63,604 bases of DNA, filler included, from Lenisia limosa (GCA_001655205.1; 11 parts of 11 records of this genome joined end to end with filler, not necessarily neighbours in it); one strand, 5' to 3'; positions 35,113-48,500 are shown, numbered from the whole stretch's first letter. Numbers and translations are program-made. Notes: generated by a model not told the origin, from the sequence alone.

Positions 35113-38100
35113 CTACACCTCAACAGTGAGGTAGGCTGAAGTGGCAGTCACAACCCCGGACTCAGAGTTGGGGCTCAAAGCTGCAACAAGATTGTCTGGG
35201 TAAAACGACTGCGTGGTCAGCAAGTCTACTGTTTCTGATGATGTGGAATTGAAAGCAAGAGACAACAAGAGGAAAGACCTACCCAGTCAGTAGGACCAAG
35301 AGCTCTTATTTTCTGCAGATTTGGTACGGATAATGCAGTGTTCAGCACTCGCACCTAATGACTCGTTATAGCTGCAACAACAAACAACAACATAGCAATA
35401 TTACACCCACACCCTTAATAATATGACGTTATGATATCTGTATCATATACTACATGTATTATAATACATCACATGCTCTGTGTATGTATAGTGTGAGAAA
35501 AATGATATCATATATCGGTCATAAAGCTGTTCCCACCCCCGTGGTTTTGTCATCTCCGTAGTATTTGTGACTGCCATTGAACAAATCAGTTGGCAGCACC
35601 GCATCCGCATGGTTTCCAATGATGAGACGCTGGGAAATAAGACAGCCTTCTCATTTATTTGGGAGTTTTTACAAATTTTAAGATATTGAAATCAATATGA
35701 AATAATCAGAGACGATAACTAAGAGAATCAATGAATCTCATCTAAAATGTCCTACCGAGGTTTCTCTCACAAGAGCCGAGGATGTGGTACACTCGTGTTT
35801 CAACTCAGAGTTAAGATACAGTTTAACCTATATGTAGAGATGAGAAACAAAAACATGTAATATCTGTTCTATAACAAATAAATAAATATGATATAGTATA
35901 TATTATATATCATATAGTATAGTATATATGATATAGTAGTATTAAAGTGACTGGGATAAGTCTTGACCGATTGGATAAGTCTTGACCGATTGGCTAAATG
36001 ATTTCCTAAGGACAATTGGTCAAAACTTATCCAGTGAAGAGAAAAAATTAGGTAGTATCTGGCTGAAGCAGTCCACACCATCACGCTTATAAGAGGTGTA
36101 TATGATATAATAAAGTAATATAATATTATATAATATGTACTAGTATATTCATATTATAATCAATCACCCAATCATTTGCCTTACAACTCTATGCACACAA
36201 CTTTTTGCGCGCCTCCCAACATACCTACAAGGATTAAATTCATGAATTAGCCCTCCTAAACCCGTCTGACACCACCCCTAACATTTAGAATTACAGACAT
36301 CAATGGCTTTTTGTCCAAACACTCTTGTTTCAAAAAAATAATATTGATAACGTCCTCGAATGGAATTCGATTATTTGTACATCAAAATTGTTAATTTACA
36401 AATATCAACTTGACACTCACATTTGTTCCAACAATGACAAGTGCATAATGAACCCACTCATCCTCTAAAGCGTCAGGGAAAAAATCAAAATGCAAATAGC
36501 AGAGTAGGGCGTCATTAACCCCCCCGCCCCTAACTAGGACATGCCACAGAAGTCGAGTACTGTTGTTCATTGATATAAATGTTCATCACACTACCAGTGT
36601 ACTAAGAGAGTAACTATGGTACTGTAGTGAACTATTATGAAACATCATATAACTCACAAAGGCTTACACATCTCAAGATGACAGCATATTTCTTAGTGGT
36701 GGTTTGGATAGAGAACGCATGAAGGTTGCCATAGCCAAAGCTGTCACTATACATCCAAGTCTGAACAATCAATAATAAGTAGGTAATTCTAATTCATTCC
36801 AATCTTTTCATTATCAAACGTTTGATAAGGATCATTATCAAACGTATGTGTTTTACAAGGAGTGATAGAGTACCTAAATACACTCATGTGTTTATGAAAT
36901 GAAAGAGTCAAAGAATAGTGAAGAAGATGTAATAGGATAGACAAACAAAAGAAATACCTCGAAGGTAAGGTCCGTACTGGGAAGACTGAAAGTTGGCCCG
37001 TAGAAGTACAGGTTTGTAGAATCAGCAGCACTATCCTTCCAGGCATAGCTGAGTTGCGCCAGTTCTATCATTGTTGTTGGACCGCAAACCGAACTTAAAC
37101 ACGCCTAGTAACATGAAATACAAGCTGGGCTTGAGAATCACTTATCCCCAATGACTTGGCCAAGGAAAAGTTAACAATGTACCAACCTGAATGTTGTAAG
37201 AGCGAGGCGTCGTTGGGGAAAAGAGCATCGTGTTGTTTGAGACTCCTTCCAAAGCTACCTTGATAACTTCACCGCTTTTAGTGGGAGTAGCCTGTTCGAG
37301 AAAGAGTGAAATGCAAATCATAACCATAAAAACAAAACCCTTTTTTGCGAAGACAACATAACATCAACACCCCTTTATAAAATTAATATTGAATAGCTTC
37401 ACACCTCCCCGGCATACCATGATATAACTTTCAGGAGTCCTCTTCATATGCGTGATATTAAAATACGGCATATTGTTTTGCCAGCTACAGAAGAAATGAG
37501 TAAAACCTTCACAGCCGAAAACAACTTTTCGAGAATAAATGACACCAACATTAGCTTGGTTCAATAGACAATGAAAGCTGAAACCGAGAGTATAAAATAT
37601 GTATCTTATCTATATCAATAGATATGATCTACTTTTTCATAAATGTAAGAGGAGCGGTTCACTGATCAGATAGAACTTCTAAAAAGACGTCATATTTCCT
37701 CTTGGATTCCCCACTAACAACACTCTAAACTTGGCAAGATCCAACTGGTCTTGGATTCCCCACTAACAACACTCTAAACTTGGCAAGATCCAACTGGTTT
37801 TGGATTTCGACCAGAACATTGGCCGTAAGATCGCCTTCTGCATTCATCGTAAATTGTCCAAAGGCAACACTCCTATTACATGAGATTGAAATGGGATACT
37901 CCATAGTCACACCCTTACCAAAAGACTATGGATATCAGCATTAAGCTTCAGGTTCTCTGGATTAATACACGAGCACCTAATCTAAACACCCACAATGATA
38001 TGTATTCTACTGGTTGAGTTGACATATCTTATTGTTTTTGTGCCCAAGATTGATCCCATATCCCCATGACATAAACATGATAAAGAGACTTAACAAACGC

Positions 38101-38740
38101 CCGTCCGATGATAATCATGGAAGAAAAGCAAAACGTAACGTCTATGGCGTGTCCACATTACATAATAGAGAAATAAAAAAAAAGGGGGGGTAATTGTAAG
38201 AGGAAATGATAGACCTGGGGCTATGAATATAAACAAGTTGATCCCCTTGGATAGACAAACTGCAGGAGAACTGCAGTCCACCTTCATCGGTCATCCCACA
38301 TTCCACCACTGACATACCAAAGAAGGAGATTCACGAACATGAACAGTGACTGTGGTCGGTGTACCTTCATTTTTCTCTCCTCCTCACTCTCACTCCTCTC
38401 ACTTGAGGCTCACTATCTATCCATCACAAGATAATTCGGTCCGCTGGGTCCGCCAAAAGCCAAACGGACGAAACATACAGTTAAATTTACTTAATTTCTA
38501 CCAAATTGTTTCGAAAACCGTTTGGTCTGATTACTTTCACACTACCACACTTCCTCGCAGCCCAACCAAGACTAATCCACCAGGCGCTCTATCCTGAGCT
38601 GGCTCCTAACACCGATTCCCCTCTTCTCTGGCGACTATTTGGTTGTGGACCTTTAATAACTCTATTCTCTCAGTGAACATTTGTACATCCCCAGCAGACT
38701 GCACGAGAAAGCAGGTGGCAAGGAACAACAAGGTCTTCAT
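35113..38740 (-). CDS. Secreted LamG-like protein, paralog 2
   Basis: Signal-peptide-like start MKTLLFLATCFLVQSA (ATG 38740). Exons homologous to paralog 1 with shared intron positions: ATPTKSGEVIK...YNIQ|ACLSSVCGP...DLTFE|TWMYSDSFGYGNLHAF...|EDEWVHYALVIVGTN|...VRVLNTALSVPNLQKI|SFYPDNLVAAL...YLTVEV* (TAG 35115-35113). Confidence 0.75.
35946..36037. mobile_element. MITE family D copy with an internal 18-19 bp duplication
   Basis: AGTGACTGGGATAAGTCTTGACCGATT(GGATAAGTCTTGACCGATT)GG...CAATTGGTCAAAACTTATCCAGTGA. Confidence 0.7.
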
Positions 38741-39166
38741 ACTGTCCGTTTGCGTATTTATTGTGTCTTTGTCTGTTGTAGGGCAGGATAAGGGTCCAGT
38801 GTCAAGTGGTCGTGTATGTCCACGTTTTCCAAGATCGATCACAGAATGGATTACAACAACTGTAAAACTTTAAATGTGTGAGGCGGTGGCTGGGGGTAGG
38901 CTGCAATGGGCTTGGGTGCAACGGCAGATGCTGCTGCAGATGTCAGTGTGAGGGGGCAAGGAGGGGGGCAGGCAAGGCAATCTGGACCCCAAAATTCCCC
39001 TTGAGTTTGACACATGGGAAGATTCGTCGGAGCCCCTGGAGGGTACAGGGGGTACAGGGTGGGGGGNNNNNNNNNNNNNNNNNNNNNNNNNNNNNNNNNN
39101 NNNNNNNNNNTTAATTAATTAANNNNNNNNNNNNNNNNNNNNNNNNNNNNNNNNNNNNNNNNNNNN

Positions 39167-39552
39167 TTTCAGAATGTTGATACTTTCACAGAATACGTCT
39201 TTTCAGTGTTGGTTCCCAAGATCATCAAGGATAGAGCGCAGTTGAACCTTGACTTGTTGATGGACACACTTCCCGATACGCACCTCTTGCACTCCAGTAT
39301 CTCTTGGACAATCACATCATCCTCTACCTCCTTCCTTCCCACACTTCTCAGTGCACCCAGCCCCTCGACCTTGTCACATTTGGTGTTCTTAAGACCGTTC
39401 TTCACCAGCAGTACAGTTCACTCCTTCGGGAGTATCAATCTGATGACATCTCCAATGCTGCTGCTAACCGCTGTTGTGCCATTCTCGCATGTTTGGAAGG
39501 ATTGGCAGTCTCAACGACTCAACGCAAGATCAAAAAGGAGTTTGACCGTTGA
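39167..39552 (+). pseudogene. pogo/Fot-like (DDE_1) transposase fragment, frameshifted, 5' truncated by contig end
   Basis: Frame 1 QNVDTFTEYVFSVLVPKIIKDRAQLNLD shifts near 39250 to LVDGHTSRYAPLALQYLLDNHIILYLLPSHTSQCTQPLDLVTFGVLK; DGH and QPLD motifs with 35 residues between the last two catalytic Asp. Confidence 0.8.
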
Positions 39553-39561
39553 TCGTTCATA

Positions 39562-39671
39562 GTAGGCTCCAGATATGAAGCCTGACATTTTTACTGAAAT
39601 TACCAAAATTCTCGAATGTTCCTTTGTTGGTAATTTCAGTCAAAATGTCAGGCTTCATATCTGGAGCCTAC
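39562..39671. mobile_element. 110-bp foldback MITE-like element, TA flanks
   Basis: TA|GTAGGCTCCAGATATGAAGCCTGACATTTTTACTGAAATTACCAA...TTGGTAATTTCAGTCAAAATGTCAGGCTTCATATCTGGAGCCTAC|TA; about 45-bp arms with one mismatch. Confidence 0.85.
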
Positions 39672-40965
39672 TAACGCCATTTTAATATATGATTCGACCA
39701 TTTTAAGGGTTTTGGGGGTCTGACTTTCTGTTTCTAACGTCATTATAAGNNNNNNNNNNGAAAGTTATGAAACTTCCACAAACTTAATTCCAAATTTGAG
39801 AACATCCCAAAATAACAAAAGGAGCAAGATTTTTGAAGATTATTTCAGAAAATGACCCCGGGCGCCCGGCCCGGAGTGCCAATTTTCTTGCAATTTGTGT
39901 GAAATTTTACATTCGGTCATTATTTCGTATTTCTATTGGTTTTTATTGATGTCCAAGTTGTTTTGAGGGAAATTATTCAAAAAGTTTATAAAAATATCGG
40001 GATTTATAGGGTTTTATAGGGTTTAGCCGTTCATACATATACATACATTATATATATTGCTGGGGCGCAGAAATCATGTCCGAAATGCCGAATTCAGGTC
40101 CGAAATTAAATTTCCAGGTGGACCCCTCCAAACAGCGTTAAACATGATAACAGTTCACTTTAAGGTCCTACTTGAAGTTATTTTTTTGTTCTGTGTGTTT
40201 CTCCGAGCGTTTTGTTTTGAAAGAAAAATCATCGATTATGGCCGACAAGTGATTATTGAAAACTGAGAGAGTGATCGATTTTGGGCAAAGTTTCATCAAG
40301 GAGGTGTTTAAATAACACATTAAAGTGTTTTGGGTCGAGCGAAGATCACTTCAAGCAAGAAAGTGCCCCAAAGAGAAAGTTGAAAATTTTCACCTTGATC
40401 TAGAGATCATCAAATTTGAAATACCTTTTTTTTTTGAAAATCTCCTCTTTTCAACTCTTAATTGTTTAGTATTTAAGTTATAATACAAAACTTCCATAGC
40501 AATAAGTTCCTTGTTATTTGAGGGCCTAGACGAACTCACTTCCCTATCCTATTCCTTGAATCTCAGTAAACATTGGCCTCTTGGGCCTCTCCTTGCTATT
40601 TCTGAACTGTCGCTATAAAACTACGTTAATTGTCGCTCAAGAAGAGAGAAAACTCTCTTTCCTTGGTTTGTTTTCACCGTTTCAAGATTTGGGTAACGTT
40701 TTTTTAGTTGAGGAACTTAATGGGAAGAGGTAGAGCTGAATCCTTTTTTGGTTCAAAAAAGGAGTTCTATGAAGATGGATGGAAGGTTCTTTATGCTGAA
40801 GAAAATTCTTGAGCAGAGACATTAAAAAATGGCCTGAGATTGCTTCTTTCTACAGGATGGATTCANNNNNNNNNNNNNNNNNNNNNNNNNNNNNNNNNNN
40901 NNNNNNNNNTTAATTAATTAANNNNNNNNNNNNNNNNNNNNNNNNNNNNNNNNNNNNNNNNNNNN

Positions 40966-43230
40966 AAGCAACGAGGATTCAGAAAATGAAAAACCATTAT
41001 TCGAATTTATCAAGTATTCCCAGCCCATGACTTCAAAAACACACCCTCTTTGTTTTATATTCTCCCCAAATACATACATAAATATACAGACCGGGGGAAG
41101 TCTTGACCGATTTACAGTGTGATTTCAAGTAAAATCGGTCAAGACTTATCCCGGTCAACATACCCTTACGACCAAATTAAACCGCCAACTCCCAAAACTT
41201 CCGAGGAAAATGTGATTCTGAAGAGTGCGTGTGATGACAAGCAGGGATTGTGGGAACACTTCTATTTTTGAAGAAAAGGTACATAATATATGATATCATT
41301 AACCAATTGCCATATACATACATGTATTTTATATAATATAGCTATATAATTATATATCATATATATTATATGACCACAGAATAATGATACAATAATCCGA
41401 AGACCAAAACAATGAGGACCTCACCCNNNNNNNNNNAACCCTCGTGTGTTGCAAGCCAACAGAGTTGATTTTGGATACTTTTTGTGTCACTTGTGGATTT
41501 TTCCTCTTCTGATGTTCCTTTCCTTCTATTCACCCCTCCCCTCTCTCTCTCGCTGGTGTACCTTTAATTTGTCCAAATTACCACAAATATTCTTTTAAAT
41601 TCACGCTGTAGGGCGCCAGGAAGCGTATTTTACGTCAACTAAGCTATTCACTATCAATAGAAATTCTATCATGATTNNNNNNNNNNATTATATAATATAG
41701 CTATATAATTATATATCATATGATATATGATATATTATATATGACCACAGAATAATAATACAATAATCCGAAGACCAAAACAATGAGGACCTCACCCATC
41801 GTTTTGCCTGAAATACAGGGAGGGGACATGTTGTTTTTGAAAACATGAATACATTGCAGAATTCCCCACCTATGAAGCAGCACCGGACTGATGGAGCGTA
41901 ATGAAAGCCTCAATAAAGGGAGNNNNNNNNNNAAGACTTATCCCGGTCACTATACATACCCCACATGAGTTATGACCAAATTAAACCGCCAACTCCCAAA
42001 ACTTCCGAGGAAAATGTGATTCTGAAGAGGGTTTGTAGGATCTACAGGAGATAAGCAACACTTCTATTATTGAAGAAAAGGTACATAATATATGATATCA
42101 TTAACCAATTGCCATATACATACATGTATNNNNNNNNNNTATATAATATAGCTATATAATTATATATCATATAGGTTGGTGGTTAAAACCGCGAACATGA
42201 TTAAAACCGCGAACAAGCCAAAANNNNNNNNNNGTGAGGTGATGTAAGGGATGAGGGCTTGCGATTATGAGGTGAATAGAGTCTGGGGGTGATATGGAGG
42301 TGCGGGGGGGGGAAGGGGTGCAGTCTTAGAGAGGGAGAGAGGGGAGAAAATAAATTGGGGGTGAGAAGGAGGAAGCAACGAGGATTCAGAAAATGAAAAA
42401 CCATTATTCGAATTTATCAAGTATTCCCAGCCCATGATAATATACAGACCGGGGGAAGTCTTGACCGATTTGCAATGTGATTTCAAGTAAAATCGGTCNN
42501 NNNNNNNNAATGACTTCAAAAACACACCCTCTTTGTTTCATATTCTCCTCAAATACATACATAAATATACAGACCGGGGGAAGTCTTGACCGATTTGCAA
42601 TGTGATTTCAAGTAAAATCGGTCNNNNNNNNNNCTCAGAATAATAGCATTTTGAGCCTATTAAAGTGCCCCACAATATTTAAGGAGAATTCGAATCTGAA
42701 GTCCATTTTTGGAAAATGTAGTGGTTTCGAGGAATTTAAGTCAACTTTTGTAACGGTTTTTTGAAGAATTTTCCTTGTTCAGTCTCAATAATAGAGCCAA
42801 TATAAGGTAGATACTGCGTCAATATCCCATTTACCGTTCTGGAACGGAACAAAAGGTAAGAGTCAAATTCGCTTGATTTATTAACNNNNNNNNNNATATA
42901 TAATTATATATATTATATATGACCACAGAATAATAATACAATAATCCGAAGACCAAAACAATGAGGANNNNNNNNNNNNNNNNNNNNNNNNNNNNNNNNN
43001 NNNNNNNNNNNNNNNNNNNNNNNNNNNNNNNNNNNNNNNNNNNNNNNNNNNNNNNNNNNNNNNNNNNNNNNNNNNNNNNNNNNNNNNNNNNNNNNNNNNN
43101 NNNNNNNNNNNNNNNNNNNNNNNNNNNNNNNNNNNNNNNNNNNNNNNNNNNNNNNNNNNNNNNNNNNNNNNNNNNNNNNNNNNNNNNNNNNNNNNNNNNN
43201 NNNNNNNNNNNNNNNNNNNNNNNNNNCTAT
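40966..43230. repeat. Locally duplicated or mis-scaffolded block with 2-3 near-identical segments separated by 10-N gaps
   Basis: AAGCAACGAGGATTCAGAAAATG... at 40966 and 42373; GACCAAATTAAACCGCC... at 41170 and 41974; GACCACAGAATAAT...GAAGACCAAAACAATGAGG at ~41372, 41743 and 42921; MITE D pieces at 41087, 41933, 42445, 42570. Confidence 0.8.
41087..41160. mobile_element. MITE family D copy
   Basis: CAGACCGGGGGAAGTCTTGACCGATTT...AAATCGGTCAAGACTTATCCCGGTCA. Confidence 0.8.
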
Positions 43231-43409
43231 TTTGCATGTATGTTGATACCCCTGCCTATTCTTCTGAATAAATCCCTGTATAAAGGAGTGTTTCGGGCGA
43301 TAATTTGAAAAAAATGCGAAGAGGCGTAAATAAGGAGCGTATTGACTCGAAAAATTGAAAGAAAAGCCACCTTTTTGTTCGCGGTTTTAATCATGTTCGC
43401 GGTTTTAAC
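42182..43409. mobile_element. Pair of perfect 35-bp inverted repeats built from two AAAACCGCGAAC units; possible 1.2-kb TIR element
   Basis: GTTAAAACCGCGAACATGATTAAAACCGCGAACAA at 42182-42216 and its exact reverse complement at 43375-43409; interior is gap-ridden. Confidence 0.5.
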
Positions 43410-44047
43410 TATATATATACTATATACATGTAAAATTTTTTTTGTTTGGGTTTCAGATTAGCACCTTTACCCCAANNNNNNNNNNNNNNNNNNNNNNNNN
43501 NNNNNNNNNNNNNNNNNNNNNNNNNNNNNNNNNNNNNNNNNNNNNNNNNNNNNNNNNNNNNNNNNNNNNNNNNTGAGTGCAGAGGCTCCGACACGGGAAA
43601 GGTCTCACTTTTGACAGCGTCGGAAGCCAGAGGCTCGTCGAAAGCTGAAGCTGAGTCGGAATCGGAATCGGAAGAGAGGTGTATTGCCGACGTGGGAATT
43701 GCGAAGGACTCTCTGGTCAGTGAAACGGGACGGATGTTGAGGGAGGGCNNNNNNNNNNNNNNNNNNNNNNNNNNNNNNNNNNNNNNNNNNNNTTAATTAA
43801 TTAANNNNNNNNNNNNNNNNNNNNNNNNNNNNNNNNNNNNNNNNNNNNGTGTTCTTTGCTTGATTGGTTTGGTGTACTTATGAGTTGTACCCCTTGGGAG
43901 GGGGGTGAGAATAAAATTGGAAAATTTGTGAAACAAAAAAAAACCCAAATCAACTCTGTATATCATATAAAATAGAATATCGATATATCATACTACTATG
44001 ATTTATCTATGATTTATTCGTTTCATAACAAAATACTAATCGTTTAG

Positions 44048-44125
44048 GCCTGTGGTTCCCTTACCAACCTTGCCTCAGCCTACGAGGTGTTTGATTGGGG
44101 CATGTCCAGTGATGATGAGGAGTAG
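44048..44125 (+). CDS. Probable terminal exon of an unidentified gene
   Basis: TTTAG|GCC TGT GGT... reads ACGSLTNLASAYEVFDWGMSSDDEE*; upstream exon uncertain. Confidence 0.3.
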   Translation, partial: ACGSLTNLASAYEVFDWGMSSDDEE

Positions 44126-44464
44126 TGCTATTGTAGATTTTGTACAACAAGTTAACAGTGTAAATGATAGATTAACATTTGCTTATGATGAGACCGAGGG
44201 ATTATAATAGTAGCATATTGCAATCCGCATCAAACGAATTGTAAGCGAAAGGAGTTTTAACTTATCACATGTTGAATTGAAAAGAGCTGTATCAGCAACA
44301 AAGCCAAATAGACAAGACCTACTTCATTGCATCCAGCACTCTGTTGAAACCACCTGATTGTGTTAAACTCTCATTTTCATGTGTGGAAAGAGGATGTAGG
44401 TTAAAGTCAAGTTTATTTATTATGGAATATCTTGTCTTTTATTTATCATCGGAATCCTTTGATC

Positions 44465-44974
44465 TCACGCTTCATGCTGCCGCCTCCCTCCTATTTCTCT
44501 TTTGACACACTTACGATATCATGAGTTCTGTTGAGCCAAACAAACCATATCTGTTCATGTATTGTCTGTATCTGCGCTTGTTGACAATTCGAGAGTACTC
44601 ACATTCATTGTCTTCCACAGCTTTACCCTAAAAGATCAATCCAAACACGGAGCGAACAACCTGAAAACATCCTAGCTAAACCCCCCACCTTTGTTGTTTC
44701 AAAGGACACAGGAAGTCCCATAGCCTTCATCGCCTCCAGAGCATCATCTGAAAAGGGAGTCAAGGCCTGAGGATACTTTATTTGTTGGTGGGATCAAATA
44801 AATATGCAAAATCCGCTCCATGATATAACCTTTTGGGGTATGGGGTTTGAAATTGTTTGAATATTTTTCCAGAAAACAAGTCCTCTAACCGTAGAGCATA
44901 TCATATCATATCAAGACCGCATACCATCATCGGAAATGTTACCGAAAACGATTTCGGGTTCTGGAGTCTTCTCC
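44465..44974 (-). CDS. SNRNP27: U4/U6.U5 tri-snRNP 27-kDa protein (DUF1777), 3' exons
   Basis: Exons 44925-44974, 44689-44747, 44546-44627, 44465-44490: ...DDALEAMKAMGLPVSFETTK|GKAVEDNECEYSRIVNKRRYRQYMNRY|GGRRQHEA*, matching the family motif M..MG...F.STKGK...KRKYRQYMNR.GG. Confidence 0.88.
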
Positions 44975-45523
44975 CTGTGGAATAAGGCTGAGAACAACTC
45001 ATTACACTGTACAAAAAGGAAGATGAGAAAATGGATAACTCGTGTTTTACTGATCTTTCAAGACCAACGTAAATCGTTGCAGGACAGAAGCCATATNNNN
45101 NNNNNNNNNNNNNNNNNNNNNNNNNNNNNNNNNNNNNNNNTTAATTAATTAANNNNNNNNNNNNNNNNNNNNNNNNNNNNNNNNNNNNNNNNNNNNTGCT
45201 TTTAGAAACATTACTGGTCTCAAAAAAAGTGGCCCAGAACCTCAACCCTTACTCAATAATTCACTTCTTCTCAAATAATAATACTTGGGGGTACAATTCG
45301 CGTTCAAAATGACCGTTGAGAATTAGAAAATTATGATATTTCTTATTATGTCCTTCAAAATAGCAAAAAAAAAAACCTAGCTATGTGTAATCCAATATCT
45401 CTTATAAGCGTGANNNNNNNNNNNNNNNNNNNNNNNNNNNNNNNNNNNNNNNNNNNNNNNNNNNNNNNNNNNNNNNNNNNNNNTTGCTACATATTAAATG
45501 CTAACACTCTATGAGTACATACA

Positions 45524-48500
45524 ATGAGCAGCGTCCCTTATGAAGATCAAGAGATGGTTTTATTTATAGAACTTCACTTTCGGTTCCAAAAAAGACTGAA
45601 ATTTTGATAAATCCTTATCAGTTTTTTGTGAACCGCACGAGACGCTCTAATGTTCAACAGGGAGGCACAATCCTATACGGAGCAACTGGCCGTTTGGATG
45701 TCGTGAAGTACCTCATTGAGAAGGGTGCTGACATCAACAAAGCTGATAATATTTATGTGGGTGAATAGGTTGGATTTTATATTTATACTCTACTAATATA
45801 TCATATCGATATGGGCCACCCCATGGAAGGGGTTTTTGGGAGTTTGGGTTTTGTTTTTTAATAGGCTTACAAAATATAAAAATTCTTCGAAAAATGCACA
45901 AGAGAAAAGGAGAATAGGGTCAATTTTTTACAAATTTCAAATCTTGCTAACCGAACCCAAAATATAGCAAAATTTGAAAAAAAAAACCAACTTTGGGGTT
46001 TTCTAATAGAACAAATAAAATAGTTTCTTGGGAAAACTTTTCCATACCACAAGCGTTATTTCAACTCAAAATCCGTATCACATAACCTAACGGTAACTAA
46101 GGCTTCACTTTGGTTCAAAAAAGACCGGTGAAATGTCGATAGTTTGCGAGGATTTATCGAGAAATTCAGTCTTGAAGTGCCAAGCGGAACTCAACTCGCG
46201 AACGTAATTGATTCTTAATATCAGTGCAATCATCTGCTAATTGCATGTAGGGTCTTACTCCAATCATGAAGGTTTCCGAATGCGGGGAGTATGAAACTGT
46301 GAAGTATCTCACGGAGATGGGTGCTGACATTGACGAAGGTGGCAAGAGAGTGGGACGGTTTGTGAACAAAATGGGACTTTTCATCTTGGTTCTGGGATTC
46401 AAAAGAGATCTAAAACATATAGAGTGTTTTTTTTTAGTATTTATTCCTTTTTTCCATAATTTCTCTGTTTGTTTACCATTATTGAAACTCCTTCACTACG
46501 GCGCATCGACTTGGAATTCTTGTAAAATAGCTTGGAAATTCCAATATTTTACATTGGAATCATTGGAATTCGAAGAAATTTATGGGATTCCCATATACTA
46601 CAAGGGAATCCCAAGTTTATGCGCTGTAGTTACAATAATTATTGGTTGACTTATGAAACAGGAAAGAACCCCCCTTAGCTACGCTTCTGACAGTGGGCAC
46701 TTAAACGTTGTAAAGTACCTTATTGAGAAGGGTGCAGACATCAACAAAGGCGATATTGATGTTGGTGAATTGGAAAGAAATATCGGTCCGAAAAAGCCTG
46801 ATGAAATATCAACAGTTTTCGAGGATTTATCGAGAAACCCAAGTCTTTTTGGACCGAATTGAAGCGGCCAAGGCTTATCCCTGTCAATGATACCAAATGC
46901 AAATTTTTTTAGAACTTGGTAGTGGGGGACACAAAACCTCTACCCTCAAAACAGGCCAAAAAGGGGTTCCCAGACATACCACTACTTTGCAACATTGAAA
47001 TGGTTTCAGTCGCTCCCTATTCTTCAACTCAGCAAAAGCTCCGGGTTTTGATTCACTTCGGTTTCTCGATAAATCCTCGAAAATTATCAATGTTTCACAT
47101 GACTTTTGGTTCTACTTTTAAACATTCTCCTTTTCATCCTGATGACGCAGAATTTGACACCCCTCATTTATGCCGCCATTCGAGGCCAATTTGATGTGCT
47201 GAAGTGTCTCATTGAGAATGGTGCTTACATCGACAGTGCTGATAAAATGGTTGGCTAAAACAACGTGATTGAAATACAATAACAATTACAATAACATACG
47301 ATTAATCATGGCGTCACTTTGTTCATAACAAAAGCCTGAAATATCGATAAAACCTCGAGATCGATATTTTATCGGTCTTTTTGTATCCAAAGTAAAGCCC
47401 TTACAAACAGCTACTGAGGTTATAAATGATTTGGTGAATTGATTAGATCATATTTTTACTATGCATTCATCATATAGTGGTAGTATATTTTCATTATTTT
47501 CCAACCATCGCTTGAATATACAATACTGTGTGTCAGATGCTAACTATTGTATTTCTCATTTCTACTTCCTGTGGTAAGTCCTGAAACGGATATTGAGCTT
47601 AATATTTAGTGTAATTACCTGGACTTATCGCGCGTTCTAGTCTAACTTTATTAACAGGAAAGAACACCAGTCTACCATGCTGTTAAATGGAAGGGCTACA
47701 TGGACATTGTTAAGTACCTCATTGGAAAGGGTGCTGACATCAACAAAGCTGACGAAAAGGTTGGGATACCGTGAGGTTCTTGTTTGCAGAGTTCAATTCA
47801 ATAAATTTTGTTGAAGATATTTTCCATTCAAGGGCGTTTTCATTTCAAGTCCAACTTTAAATATTTCATTTTTCTTTGAAAGTTTTTCTTTGGCCAAGAC
47901 TCTCATCAAGCAGAACAAAACCCCTCTTATTGCTGCCATTGAGGAGGACTATTTGGACATCGCGAGGTACCTCATTGAGAATGGCGCTGACGTTGACAAA
48001 GCTGATTATAGGGTTGGTAAAATGGGGCTCATCTAAAAAGGGGCAGCGTCTGTAGTTAATATAAAGTGATAAAAGTGGTATGCTTATGACAATTCAAAAT
48101 TAAAGGAAGTGAAGCCTTACTTGTACCCTTACAGAATGTGCAATATTTGTACTTTTACCTCCTATTGTTGATATTGACGTTTATCATTAGGGGCTTCCCT
48201 GAGTCCCAAAAAAGTCTGAATTTCCCGATAAATTCTCGAAAAATATCTCTATTTTACTGGACTTTTTCTGGCCATGGGAAGCCCTCATCATTGCAGTTGA
48301 GAACTCCCCTCATTTTTGCCGCAAAATGTGGACATTTGGATCTTGTGAAGTGTCTCCTTGAGAATGGAGCTGACATCAACAAAGCTGATAAGAAGGTGGG
48401 TAACCTAAATGATATTGTAAACATTTTTTGAACAAGAATATGAAAACATTAAGAGAGGAAAATTAGTAAATAAGAGAAAAATTAGTAAAAAACAAATTAC

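Noticed and set aside
40005-40030. Telomere-like TAGGGTTT motifs
   Set aside because: Only two or three imperfect units inside AT-rich, repeat-derived DNA; not an array.
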